DNA of 64,000 nucleotides from Chthoniobacterales bacterium (GCA_049314455.1 JBMOFC010000005.1:5095-69094); one strand, 5' to 3'. Shown: positions 53,585-63,700, counted from the first letter of the stretch. Notes: a model not told the origin generated them from the letters alone. Numbers and translations are program-made.

Positions 53585-54804
53585 TGTGTATAAATTTTCT
53601 TAACGACTTGATAAGCAGGTCGTTTATGTCGGTCAATATCTACAATACCCCACCATTTTTCATGAAAGATCTGATCAGGGTAAGGGCCAGAAATTTTTGG
53701 AATGTTTTTATCGTATGCAAGATCGCTAGGATAGGAGCGAAGCTTAGGGAGCCCTTTCTTATCCAGAATCAAATAAAAACCATTAGCTTCATGGGCCAAA
53801 GGTGAGCCACCACCTTTCCACCATTCATCACAAAATTCAAAAATCGCTCCCCCCACAAGAACATTATCACGATTTTTTTCAGATAAATTATTTTGGATTT
53901 CAGTAAGTAATGACTTGAGTGCCGTGGCTTGTGCTTGGTCATCTTCCCTGTGAGTAATGTCATTAAAAGCATTCGCTCCAAATTCTGAAATATAAAGCGG
54001 CTTACTACTTATTTTTTTCCAACGGTTCAAGCGATCTCCGAATGTAAGACCGTCGTAAATGTTACTCCCATAAAGATCGATCTGTGCATCGGGCAATGAT
54101 TTCCAAAATAACTCTTCTTTGGGAAGATCTCCAAGCACCGTACTAATGGGATGAACGGTATCTTGAGATCTCACTGAAGCAATAGCTGTTTTGAGCAGCT
54201 CCAGCGAAGGATGAGCATTGGGAGCGTTTGTTTCTTCGCTATAGAAATTATTGTAATTCCACTCATTGCCAACTTCCCAAATCAATGTTGAAGGATGGTT
54301 TTTAAGAACCGAGGCTATTTCAGCAACTCTCTTGGTAATCTCAGAAAAAGGAATAAACACCAGACTGTTAAAAATAGGAACAATAGTTTTTAAATGATAT
54401 TTTACTAAGAGATCCAAAATGCGTTGATCTGTTATCGGAAAGTAGGTCCGTATCGTATTGATGCCCGCAGCCTGCATCATTTTAAAATCTCCTTCTATCA
54501 GCACCAAGTCTGAAGCCGTTGGATGGAGCAAAATCACATCGCTCTTATTGCGGGCACTTTTTCCTTTTGGAATAGGGCTATAACAAACGGCTTTGATGAC
54601 AAAAGGAGTCCCATCGACGAGCAATTGTCGGCCTTGTATCTGAATGTTACCTGTGAGTGCAGAGGGTGTTGTTGTAGTATCAGCAGAAGTGACAATGAAG
54701 GGTGTTTTCGTTGCCAAAGAAGGAGAGCTTTCCTTAGCATTTTCAGCACACACAGCAGCAGAAGCCAGCAATATTATGGCAGTAAAAAAGTGAAAAGTAG
54801 TCAT
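53581..54804 (-). CDS. secreted clan GH-A (TIM-barrel) glycoside hydrolase-like protein, GH72/GH5-like motif order
   Basis: Signal peptide, then QGRQLLVDGTPFVIKAVCYSP, AGINTIRTY, LIWEVGNEWNYN (putative acid/base NE) and PLYISEFGANAF (putative nucleophile E). ATGA overlap with the permease start. Confidence 0.6.
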   Translation of the reverse strand: MTTFHFFTAIILLASAAVCAENAKESSPSLATKTPFIVTSADTTTTPSALTGNIQIQGRQLLVDGTPFVIKAVCYSPIPKGKSARNKSDVILLHPTASDLVLIEGDFKMMQAAGINTIRTYFPITDQRILDLLVKYHLKTIVPIFNSLVFIPFSEITKRVAEIASVLKNHPSTLIWEVGNEWNYNNFYSEETNAPNAHPSLELLKTAIASVRSQDTVHPISTVLGDLPKEELFWKSLPDAQIDLYGSNIYDGLTFGDRLNRWKKISSKPLYISEFGANAFNDITHREDDQAQATALKSLLTEIQNNLSEKNRDNVLVGGAIFEFCDEWWKGGGSPLAHEANGFYLILDKKGLPKLRSYPSDLAYDKNIPKISGPYPDQIFHEKWWGIVDIDRHKRPAYQVVKKIYTQ

Positions 54805-54929
54805 TACTTATTAAAGAGAAATTAGTTAGGAAAAATACTAAATCATCAATCGTGAAGGAAAACAAAATTTAAAAAAATATTTACCGAAGGTATTGAGTCT
54901 TATCTTCCACTACTAATGTCCTTGATGAA

Positions 54930-55236
54930 GTCGGTAATTAGAGTCTGTCCCAAAGTTAACTGGTTTTAAAAAGTGATTTCTTATTCTTCTTGATTACCCA
55001 ATTTACTCTAAACAAGGCAGTGGGGAACGGGCTGCAGACTACAGGTGAAGCATCTTGTCTTCAGCAATAATAAAAAACGACATCATGATAACACATCAAT
55101 TTTGAAGAAAATATTGTTTTTGGTGTTTTATAATTTTGTCAAAGACCTCATTTTTACCTGAAGCCTGCAGTCTGTTCCCTGATACCTTAGGCCTTGTTCC
55201 AAACAATGATTTTTTGGGACAGGCTCTAATTACGAC
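54930..55236. repeat. family N palindromic element between the GH paralogues
   Basis: GTCGGTAATTAGAGTCTGTCCCAAA ... TTTGGGACAGGCTCTAATTACGAC termini. Internal inverted pair GGGCTGCAGACTACAGGTGAAGC / CCTGAAGCCTGCAGTCTG. Confidence 0.7.
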
Positions 55237-55280
55237 ACCACAATTTCCAACAGCACCCTGATATCTCTTTTTAAAATGAT

Positions 55281-56492
55281 CTAATCTTTGTTGTGTTTAT
55301 AAAAATCGCTGATGTCGTCATAAACTTTTCTTTTATTTCGATCAATATCAACAATACCCCACCACTTTTCATGAAAGATATGATCGGGAGCAGGGCCGGA
55401 AAATTTAGAAATAGTGTCATCCTCCTGAAAATCATCGGGGTATCTGCGTATTTGAAAATCAGGATTTTTTGTAAAATACCATCCTTCAGGACCATGTTCT
55501 TCTGGCGACCCTGCTCCCTTCCACCACTCATCACTCCATTCAAAAACTGATCCTCCAACAAGAACCTTGTCACGATTTTTAGAAGAGAGATTATCCTGAA
55601 TTTCTCTCAGTAGCGCCATGACAGCAGTAGATTGAGAAGCCTCATCCTTACCACCACTATTGTTATTGATATTAGCATTGAAAGCAGTAGCTCCAAATTC
55701 TGAAACATAGAGTGGTTTACTACTTATTTTTTGCCATCGTGTAAAATAAGATCCAAAGCTACTACCATCGTAAATATTACTCCCGTAAAGCTCTATTTTT
55801 TCATCAATTTTACAATCAGCTATTTTTTGCCAAAAGTCATCGTCTGGTAAATCCCCAACAACAGAGCTCACAGGATGAGTAGTATCTTCCGATTTTATAA
55901 TATCAATAGCATTTTTCAGAAGCTCCAAAGGATCTGTGCTTCCCGTATATTCCTTGCGTTGGGAGTCAGTTAAATCATTAATATAAAATTTATTGTAATT
56001 CCACTCGTTTCCAACCTCCCAAATAAGTGTCGATGGTTTATTTTTGAGTAGAGAGACTGTTTTTCTCAGTTCATCATCAGAGGTCCCAAAAGCACTCTTA
56101 TAGACATTAACAATAGTTCTTAGATGATACTTATCCAGTAAAGAAAGAACCTTCTCATTCGTAATGGGATTATAGATTCGTATCACATTAAATCCTGCCT
56201 CTTGTATCATTTGAAAATCATGCTCAAGAAGAACTAAATTTTCTCGAGTAGGTTCTTTATTAAAAAGATTATCAGTAGAACTCTCTCCCTTAGGAACAGG
56301 GCTGTAGCAAATCGACCTGATGGTAAAAGGAGTTCCATCAATGAGTAGTTGCCTCCCCTGTACCTGAATATTGCCTGTCAGTGGAGCAGGCTTGCCATCA
56401 AGAATAGGAAAAGAAGCACGTGCATCGGCAGCTGCAAAATAAAAGAGTAGCAAAAAACATGTTAATAAATTTTTAAAAAAAGGAGCTCTCAT
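55281..56492 (-). CDS. secreted clan GH-A glycoside hydrolase-like protein, paralogue of 53581-54804
   Basis: Collinear motifs QGRQLLIDGTPFTIRSICYSP, AGFNVIRIY, LIWEVGNEWNYN, PLYVSEFGATAF and the C-terminal HEKWWGIVDIDRNKR. Confidence 0.6.
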   Translation of the reverse strand: MRAPFFKNLLTCFLLLFYFAAADARASFPILDGKPAPLTGNIQVQGRQLLIDGTPFTIRSICYSPVPKGESSTDNLFNKEPTRENLVLLEHDFQMIQEAGFNVIRIYNPITNEKVLSLLDKYHLRTIVNVYKSAFGTSDDELRKTVSLLKNKPSTLIWEVGNEWNYNKFYINDLTDSQRKEYTGSTDPLELLKNAIDIIKSEDTTHPVSSVVGDLPDDDFWQKIADCKIDEKIELYGSNIYDGSSFGSYFTRWQKISSKPLYVSEFGATAFNANINNNSGGKDEASQSTAVMALLREIQDNLSSKNRDKVLVGGSVFEWSDEWWKGAGSPEEHGPEGWYFTKNPDFQIRRYPDDFQEDDTISKFSGPAPDHIFHEKWWGIVDIDRNKRKVYDDISDFYKHNKD

Positions 56493-56704
56493 GAGAATTG
56501 GAAAGGTTAAAAAGTTATGCTTGAAATTTTTTTTGCGTTTAAAATAAACCGGAGAAAGTGGTCATTAGAATGTTAAAAGTCAAGAGATGAAATGGAATGA
56601 GCCACAATGTGATTACCCCCGGATATTTTTTTTACTGAATGTGAATTTCCTCTCAGCTTTTTTAGCGCTGTATCATACATTACAAAAGTTGTTAGAATTT
56701 TTCT

Positions 56705-57835
56705 ATGTGGAATCAAGTGACTCGATTTTTTAACAAGCATTTCTATCATCTCCTTGCATGGTTTTTTCCTCCAACACCACAACCTCTGCCAAAAAATCCT
56801 CAACTGATTTTAGTTCTTAGCACCACAGGAATTGGCGATAGTCTCTTTGATTCTGCTGCCATCAAAAGTTTAAAGCAGGGACATCCTGGTGCGAAGCTTG
56901 TCGTAGCAACTCATCACCGCCGCGGATCGGTAGCACAGCATAATCCTTTTGTGGATGAAGTGCTCCCCTTGAGTAAATCTCCTCTTTCTCAGTTGCGTCT
57001 TTTGAAATTCTTTCAAAATAAAAAACCTGATCTGGTGGTAGCTTTGCGTGTCAATGAAGAAGCCGTTCCACTCGGATATCTTCTGAATCGTCATGCCTTT
57101 GTGGGTGCTGTGGAACGCTGTCAAGGTTTCGACTTTCTGCTCTCACATCCCGTGGTGACTCACGAGGAAAAGCATATTGTGGAGGAAACCTTGAAAGTCG
57201 CAGCGGTTGCCGGAGGAGCCATGGTCGATCGTGGCATGGTTTATCACGTATGTGATGATGAACTCAAACTCTTGCACGAGCATCACCAGAATTTGAAGAA
57301 GCCGTTTATTGTTTTTCAAACAGGAGGAGGAAAAACACTTGCTTGGCGCAACTGGCCGGTAGAATCGTATATCCAAGCCATCACCTGGTTGAAGGAGCAT
57401 TATCCTCATCAGGTCATTTTGACGGGAGGTCATGACAATGAAGAAACGGGACGGGCGATTGAAATAGCTTGCCCTTGGGTAGTCAACCTTGTTCAAAAAA
57501 CAACACTCGAAGAAACAGCCGCGCTCTTGCAAGAGGCCTCCATGCTGGTGAGCACCGATACTGGCGTGATGCACCTTGGTTTTGCGATCGGCTCCCCTAC
57601 CCTCGCCCTCCTGCATTACCGCAGCCCTGCGAGTATGTACGGCCCCCTCGATTATTCACCAGGACATCAGATCATTGAGTTAGTAAAACCAGAAAAAGCA
57701 AACATCCTCTCCCAAAAAAGCACTCAAGAAAATGGCATCCCATACAATGAAATGAGTCAGATTCCGTTTGAAAAAGTCACCGTAGCCATGGAGCGCATCT
57801 TAGGAGCACCCGTTTCAGAACGGGCAAGGCTGTAG
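56705..57835 (+). CDS. glycosyltransferase family 9 (heptosyltransferase-like)
   Basis: ILVLSTTGIGDSLFDSAAIKSLK N-terminal motif and C-terminal LVSTDTGVMHLGFAIGSPTLALL. Confidence 0.75.
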   Translation: MWNQVTRFFNKHFYHLLAWFFPPTPQPLPKNPQLILVLSTTGIGDSLFDSAAIKSLKQGHPGAKLVVATHHRRGSVAQHNPFVDEVLPLSKSPLSQLRLLKFFQNKKPDLVVALRVNEEAVPLGYLLNRHAFVGAVERCQGFDFLLSHPVVTHEEKHIVEETLKVAAVAGGAMVDRGMVYHVCDDELKLLHEHHQNLKKPFIVFQTGGGKTLAWRNWPVESYIQAITWLKEHYPHQVILTGGHDNEETGRAIEIACPWVVNLVQKTTLEETAALLQEASMLVSTDTGVMHLGFAIGSPTLALLHYRSPASMYGPLDYSPGHQIIELVKPEKANILSQKSTQENGIPYNEMSQIPFEKVTVAMERILGAPVSERARL

Positions 57836-57858
57836 ACTATAGGCTGTAGGTCAGAAGG

Positions 57859-57878
57859 ATCCGTTCCCATGAACGGAT
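57859..57878. terminator. family H hairpin between convergent GT9 and GH5 genes (possible bidirectional terminator)
   Basis: ATCCGTTC-CCAT-GAACGGAT, a perfect 8-bp stem. No U-tract. Confidence 0.45.
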
Positions 57879-57887
57879 ACGATGGCC

Positions 57888-59303
57888 TTATCGCTTGAAT
57901 AATTGATGCCCCCATTGACTCCAAGATCGGCCTGAAGTCCACCATAGCGATGAAGTTGATGTAATCGGTGTTCCCGGGGCGTTTTGTAGATCATCATGAA
58001 CATAGGCACCCCCATTGAGAGGTGTTCCGCTCCAATCTGCAATGAGATCTGGGAAGGAGTTGGCCTTGCTCAGATCAGAATCGACCCACCAAGCAAAGCC
58101 AGAGTAAGAAATATGATTGGCATTAGCGTAGGCTAAGATAGTTGCGTAGATGCTTTGATAGCCTGCCGGAAAGTAGCTGTTATCATTGACTCCAAACTCG
58201 GTAAAAACAATCGGATGTTTTCCTAGGATGCCTGCAAAATCATGGGCGAAGGTCCCTCCAGCACCCGTGTATCCCGCTTCTCCCTTTTGATTGTAGGGGT
58301 GTGAGCAGTAGACGATGTTAGAACCAGTGACGCAAAAAGTGTCATTCACAAAGCTTAGGTCGTAGGCATAGTCCAGACCGCTGACAATACAAATATTATT
58401 GGCTCCCGTCCCTCGCACAGCATTATAAAGCTCCTGGTATCCGACCACTCCACCTCCACCGTTGAGCCAATAAGTCTGGCTAATGCCATAGGGTTCATTG
58501 TAAAGCTCGAAGATAACAGTGCCAAAATCTTTGTACTGAGTAGCGACTTGTTGCCAAAAGGCAATCGAATCACTGTTGGCCATCGGTTGCTGTCCACCAT
58601 TAGGAGTCAACCAGTGCAAATCTAAAATGACAGCCATGTTATTCTGGGTCGCATAATAAATAATCGCATCGACGATTTGTTTGTAGGAACCCTTCGTGCT
58701 AATAGGAGCTGAGCTAAGCCAGTAGCCTTGATTAAGATCGATACGGATGACATTGGCTCCCCAATTTCTAATGTTCGTGATATCGCTAGGACTTAAGTAT
58801 TGACCCTGTGCATTCCATTCCAAAGAGGGACGAACGAGACCTTTGAGAATAATCGAGGCTCCTTTGTCGTTCACGATGTTATCGCCCGCAGTGGAGAGAA
58901 CAATAGGGTCTTGCGAATCCGGATACAGAGCCGGCGTGGCTACAGGAGCATCAGGAAAAGGCCCATTACCAGTGGCCCCACCATGGATCGTATCAACGGT
59001 GAGCTGGTAGGTGTCAGCAGAAATATAGTCAAAATGGATTCCTTCCAGATAGTAGCCATCACTTCCTCCGACATATTTTGTTTCAGAAGGTGCCCCTGAG
59101 ACATCTTCTATGGTAATGGTTCCATAATAGTTACTATTTTCATCATTTACATTCCAGGTGCTCCAATTATTTGCAGAATCAGAGCTCCAAGGAATGTTTC
59201 CTCTACTTTGATAGTCAATCGAATAAGGATTCCAGCCGTTTCCATTCGCAGACAATTGCAAAGAGATCCTTGGATTGCTCCCAGTTCCAAGGTAGTTGAA
59301 CAA
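57888..59303 (-). CDS. GH5 endoglucanase (cellulase) with an N-terminal accessory domain
   Basis: GANVIRIDLN, IFELYNEPYG (acid/base E), HPYNQ and IVFTEFGV (nucleophile E). The first canonical start is a TTG, and a signal-peptide-like extension lies upstream (see findings). Confidence 0.8.
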   Translation of the reverse strand: MFNYLGTGSNPRISLQLSANGNGWNPYSIDYQSRGNIPWSSDSANNWSTWNVNDENSNYYGTITIEDVSGAPSETKYVGGSDGYYLEGIHFDYISADTYQLTVDTIHGGATGNGPFPDAPVATPALYPDSQDPIVLSTAGDNIVNDKGASIILKGLVRPSLEWNAQGQYLSPSDITNIRNWGANVIRIDLNQGYWLSSAPISTKGSYKQIVDAIIYYATQNNMAVILDLHWLTPNGGQQPMANSDSIAFWQQVATQYKDFGTVIFELYNEPYGISQTYWLNGGGGVVGYQELYNAVRGTGANNICIVSGLDYAYDLSFVNDTFCVTGSNIVYCSHPYNQKGEAGYTGAGGTFAHDFAGILGKHPIVFTEFGVNDNSYFPAGYQSIYATILAYANANHISYSGFAWWVDSDLSKANSFPDLIADWSGTPLNGGAYVHDDLQNAPGTPITSTSSLWWTSGRSWSQWGHQLFKR

Positions 59304-59432
59304 AACAGGGTCGGCTAGGATTGTTGAGGAGCGCAGTAGGAGGATGCAGAAAAATAAGAAACAGGCGGGAGTATGTTTTTTTATGGTTTTTGGTTTTGAA
59401 AGTTAGTATGAGTTTATGTGACTACCTCGCGT

Positions 59433-61133
59433 TTAGTTGGCATCAAAAAAATCTGGAGACCTCTCATTTAAACTCCATGGCGTCATTGGAGAAGAAGATC
59501 CTGTCGTCGACATCCCCTCCCCAGATTCAGCTGTTGTGTGAGTAGTTAATGCTGACCTTGATCCTGTAGGAATGGCCATATCTCGTTGATCTAAAATTTT
59601 AAATCTTTTATTCAATGGACTAGGCAGCAAGTTAGGAGGTGTATAAGAGGAGGTGACTTCTATATTCAAGTCGAATTTAAGGTGATCATTACTTGTTTTC
59701 AGGTTGATCTTATTCCCATTCCTATCCATGTTGCAGTTAAGAGTCTTCAGTCTTTCCCTGCCCCCAAATTGTCCAGGAATAGTGATGCTTTTAACAAACG
59801 CCTCCGGCAAAATATACTTAAAATCATAGGATCCGTTCTGTAGTGTAAGATGCATGAGAGGAGACTCAGCATTTTTTGGTTCTATTCCAAAACTAATTCC
59901 CGTATCCGGATCAGATCCTGTTGGAAAACCTCCCGATAAGTTTTCTTTCGTAAGCAAACCGAGGATCTCAGCGGCTTGGCGATCTGAAATTTCTTGAGTT
60001 GGATTGCTTAAAGCACCAACAGCAGTTTTGAAATTTTTAAGATTTTCAGCAGGGCGTGCATTATCCACATTAACATGAAAATCATGTTCTCCTATTTTTA
60101 ACTTAAAACGACTCCAATCAATACTACCTACCAGTTTATAAGCACTCAAACGATCAGAATCCCATGTTTCATAACCGTGCGTATCTTCCCTCAACTCTGC
60201 TGACCTCTCAGTTAAATCTTGGATTTTCCCCTCTATCTCTTTCAGTTCATTTGCTGCTTTAACGAGAGCTTGCTGCTGTTCTTCACTCAGGGATATAGAC
60301 TCATCACTCTCCACAACGTACGAATTTTCTCTTTCATCACTGCTACTAACTCCTTGTAATGTTCTTAAGGCATCAGCCTTCTCTCTTCTTGTGACATTAA
60401 GAGTCCTGATTCCTTCTGCTTGCCCCTCAATCTGAGATCTAATCTGATTTTTTGCTTGTTCAGGACCTTGCTCCATTTTCCTTTCAATATTAGCAACTAT
60501 TTTTTGTGCCATGAGTGCTCTAGGTTTTTCACCTTGAATCCTAACGAGGCCTCCAACATCTATGAGGCCATTGGGAAATCCAAACTCATCATCAATATAA
60601 AATCCCAGTGATTGCATGGATTTGATATCACCTGAAATCATCATTACTGTTTCATCAGGTCCAGGTTGAGTACTCCAATAGAGATCCTCTATCTTCTCAC
60701 TTGTTCCGATTTTGAAATTTTCTGTAGCAAAATTTTTTTTGAAGGAATCTACAAGATCTTTGGGATATCTTTTACTGAGATCCTCTAACAGATCTTGTCT
60801 CAAAAATCGCCTAACACTTCCCACCGTCATGAGTGTTCCACTCTTGAGCCTGAGAGCAAAAGATTTTTGTAATCGTTCAACTGCATCACTCCCGAATGTA
60901 GTCCTGATTGCCTTTACTAATGTCTCATTTGACTCGTGGAATAGTGCTTTATCCTCTCGGCTACGCACGGAATAGGCACGAATGCCTCCAAGACCTCCTC
61001 CTGGAGGCTTGAGAGAATCACTGTAGAGCTTTTCATCAGCATCCGCCTTGATTTGTTGAGCATCGTCTAAAACATCAGAAAAAATATCAGCAAGGTCTAT
61101 ATTCGTACGTTGAACAACAGTACTACTATTCAT
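59433..61133 (-). CDS. hypothetical protein (orphan, central coiled coil)
   Basis: 566-codon ORF, A+T-richer, no domain recognised. Confidence 0.5.
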   Translation of the reverse strand: MNSSTVVQRTNIDLADIFSDVLDDAQQIKADADEKLYSDSLKPPGGGLGGIRAYSVRSREDKALFHESNETLVKAIRTTFGSDAVERLQKSFALRLKSGTLMTVGSVRRFLRQDLLEDLSKRYPKDLVDSFKKNFATENFKIGTSEKIEDLYWSTQPGPDETVMMISGDIKSMQSLGFYIDDEFGFPNGLIDVGGLVRIQGEKPRALMAQKIVANIERKMEQGPEQAKNQIRSQIEGQAEGIRTLNVTRREKADALRTLQGVSSSDERENSYVVESDESISLSEEQQQALVKAANELKEIEGKIQDLTERSAELREDTHGYETWDSDRLSAYKLVGSIDWSRFKLKIGEHDFHVNVDNARPAENLKNFKTAVGALSNPTQEISDRQAAEILGLLTKENLSGGFPTGSDPDTGISFGIEPKNAESPLMHLTLQNGSYDFKYILPEAFVKSITIPGQFGGRERLKTLNCNMDRNGNKINLKTSNDHLKFDLNIEVTSSYTPPNLLPSPLNKRFKILDQRDMAIPTGSRSALTTHTTAESGEGMSTTGSSSPMTPWSLNERSPDFFDAN

Positions 61134-61244
61134 AATGGTAAGTGTGAAAATTTTTTAAAAATCTGGCATCAGACATTTATTTAGCGTATACCGTTTTCCC
61201 TTATAATCCTAGAAAAAGGACAAACCAATAATTTAAAAGCCACC

Positions 61245-63527
61245 ATGCATTCGACTCTTTCTCCTGATGATTTTTATCCGTTGATTGAATTCAGACACAG
61301 CGATCCTCATCGACTACTAGGAATTCATCTCCTTGATCAAGAGAGAGCACTCCTTCGTATTTGGTATCCTGGAGCTCGCTCCGTTTTGATAAGGCCACTT
61401 TCACAAGGGTTGAAGGAATGTTCTTCGTTCATGCTCCACCCTGTTCATGAGTCAGGGCTCTTTGAGTTAGCAGTCGAAAGAGCCACTGTGGAGACGCAAG
61501 AAGGAACAGTCATTTATTATAAACTCGAAATCATCACAGCTTCTCAAGAAAAAATCACCCTGCGTGACCCTTATTCTTTTGCTCCACAGCTTGGAGAGTT
61601 CGATCTCTATTTGCTCTCTGAGGGAAAACATGCTGAGGCCTATTGTGCTCTTGGAGCCCATCCTCGGGTAGTAGATGGTGTCGCTGGCACACGCTTTGCG
61701 GTCTGGGCTCCCAATGCCCAGCGTGTGAGCGTTGTCGGCGATTTCAACAATTGGGATGGGCGTTTTCATATGATGCGCCGTCTGGGACATTCGGGCATCT
61801 GGGAGATTTTTCTGCCCGAAGTTAAAGAGGGAGCTCATTATAAATATGAACTACGCGGCCCCCACGGGGATATTCTTTTAAAGACCGATCCATATGGATT
61901 TTTTGCACAGCATGATTTGAGGACTGCCTGTATGGTCTATGATCTCACGCGTTACACATGGAATGACCATGCTTGGATGAACCTGCGTTCTTCAAGCGAT
62001 CGCTATCGCAAGCCACTTTCGATTTACGAAGTTCATTTAGGATCGTGGCGACGTGTTCCCGAAGAGAATAATCGTCCACTCAGTTACCTAGAATTGGCCG
62101 ATCAACTCGTAGCCTATGTTTTGGAAATGGGATTCACCCATGTAGAACTGATGCCGGTCATGGAACATCCTTTTGAGGGATCATGGGGATATCAGGTGGT
62201 CAATTTTTTTGCTCCCAGCAGTCGTTTTGGAAAGCCTGATGACTTTCGTTATCTCGTGGATCGATTGCATCAAGCTGGAATCGGTGTCCTGCTCGATTGG
62301 GTTCCAGGACATTTCCCTCGCGATGCTCATGGGCTTTGGCGTTATGATGGAACAGCTCTCTACGAACATGAAGATCCACGTATTGGAGAACATCGGGATT
62401 GGGGAACACTCGTTTTTAATTATGGGCGAAAGGAAGTGAGGAATTTTCTCATTGCGAATGCTCTTTATTGGTTGGCCGAATATCACATCGATGGATTGAG
62501 GATGGATGCAGTGGCCTCGATGCTCTATCTCGATTATTCTAGGAAAGAAGGGGAATGGATTCCCAATCAATATGGAGGACGCGAAAATCTGGATGCGGTC
62601 AGTTTTATTAAAGAATGCAACGAACTCTGCTACGCACGCCATCCTGGAATCATGATGATTGCGGAGGAGTCGACGGCTTGGCCTCAAGTTTCCAAGCCAA
62701 CCTATGATGGAGGCCTTGGTTTTGGCTTCAAATGGAACATGGGATGGATGAATGATTCACTTCGTTACATCAATCGCTCTCCCATCTATCGCAAGTATCA
62801 TCAAGGTGACATCACTTTTTCTATGCTCTATGCCTATCATGAGCATTTCATCTTGGTCTTGAGTCATGATGAAGTCACCCATGGCAAAGGATCCCTCCTT
62901 TCCAAAATGCCAGAAGATGACTGGCAGAAATTTGCAAATCTGCGTCTGTTCCTAGCATGGATGTGGGGACATCCTGGCAAAAAATTACTCTTTCAAGGAA
63001 GTGAGTTTGCCCAGCGTGATGAATGGAATCATGAGCGAAGTCTCGACTGGCACCTTACAGAATATGAATCGCATTGCGGTATGCAGCGCTTAGTACAACG
63101 CCTCAATCAGATTTATCAGAACGAGCCAGCGCTTTTTTTATTAGATGACACTTGTGAAGGATTTGAATGGATCGATTTTCAAGATGCCGATAATAGCGTC
63201 TGGTCCTTTCTGCGGAAAGCCCCCTCCCCGGTGGTGGCATCACATGGGGAAAGCCACCAAGACCTGCTCGTCATTGTCAATGCCACACCAGTTGTTCGCT
63301 ATGGCTATCGCATTGGTGTTCCCGTTGCAGGCTCCTATGAAGTATTACTCAACAGCGACGATCCTTGTTTCTGGGGAAGCGGACTCAATCCATCGCATTT
63401 TTTCACCTCAGAGTCAGTTGGGGCACACGGATTCGGGCATTCTATCGTTCTCGATTTACCGTCGTTGAGCACACTCTACCTGCGGGTTCCAGAGCGATCT
63501 TTAGTATCTGTTCAAAAAAATGGATAA
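61245..63527 (+). CDS. glgB: 1,4-alpha-glucan branching enzyme
   Basis: GH13 motifs DWVPGHF, GLRMDAVASM, IAEESTAW and LSHDEV. N-terminal CBM48-type region. Confidence 0.93.
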   Translation: MHSTLSPDDFYPLIEFRHSDPHRLLGIHLLDQERALLRIWYPGARSVLIRPLSQGLKECSSFMLHPVHESGLFELAVERATVETQEGTVIYYKLEIITASQEKITLRDPYSFAPQLGEFDLYLLSEGKHAEAYCALGAHPRVVDGVAGTRFAVWAPNAQRVSVVGDFNNWDGRFHMMRRLGHSGIWEIFLPEVKEGAHYKYELRGPHGDILLKTDPYGFFAQHDLRTACMVYDLTRYTWNDHAWMNLRSSSDRYRKPLSIYEVHLGSWRRVPEENNRPLSYLELADQLVAYVLEMGFTHVELMPVMEHPFEGSWGYQVVNFFAPSSRFGKPDDFRYLVDRLHQAGIGVLLDWVPGHFPRDAHGLWRYDGTALYEHEDPRIGEHRDWGTLVFNYGRKEVRNFLIANALYWLAEYHIDGLRMDAVASMLYLDYSRKEGEWIPNQYGGRENLDAVSFIKECNELCYARHPGIMMIAEESTAWPQVSKPTYDGGLGFGFKWNMGWMNDSLRYINRSPIYRKYHQGDITFSMLYAYHEHFILVLSHDEVTHGKGSLLSKMPEDDWQKFANLRLFLAWMWGHPGKKLLFQGSEFAQRDEWNHERSLDWHLTEYESHCGMQRLVQRLNQIYQNEPALFLLDDTCEGFEWIDFQDADNSVWSFLRKAPSPVVASHGESHQDLLVIVNATPVVRYGYRIGVPVAGSYEVLLNSDDPCFWGSGLNPSHFFTSESVGAHGFGHSIVLDLPSLSTLYLRVPERSLVSVQKNG

Positions 63528-63700
63528 GGCTGTAGACGATAGGCTGTAGGCTGTAGGAAAATTCACTTCAGAAGAAAGAAACAATTTTTGGTAGTCCAAT
63601 ATTTATAATCGTAGATCAATTTATTCATCGAGCGTTCCATTCAATACTCTGATCTTTATAGTCTTTAGCCTACAGCCTTACCCGTTCTCTGGACGGGTAC
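63526..63700. repeat. family I element (GGCTGTAG-word arms) ending in an H hairpin
   Basis: AAGGCTGTAGACGATAGGCTGTAGGCTGTAGG ... AGCCTACAGCCTTACCCGTTCTCTGGACGGGTAC. The interior matches the inverted sequence at about 49800-49965. Confidence 0.7.
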
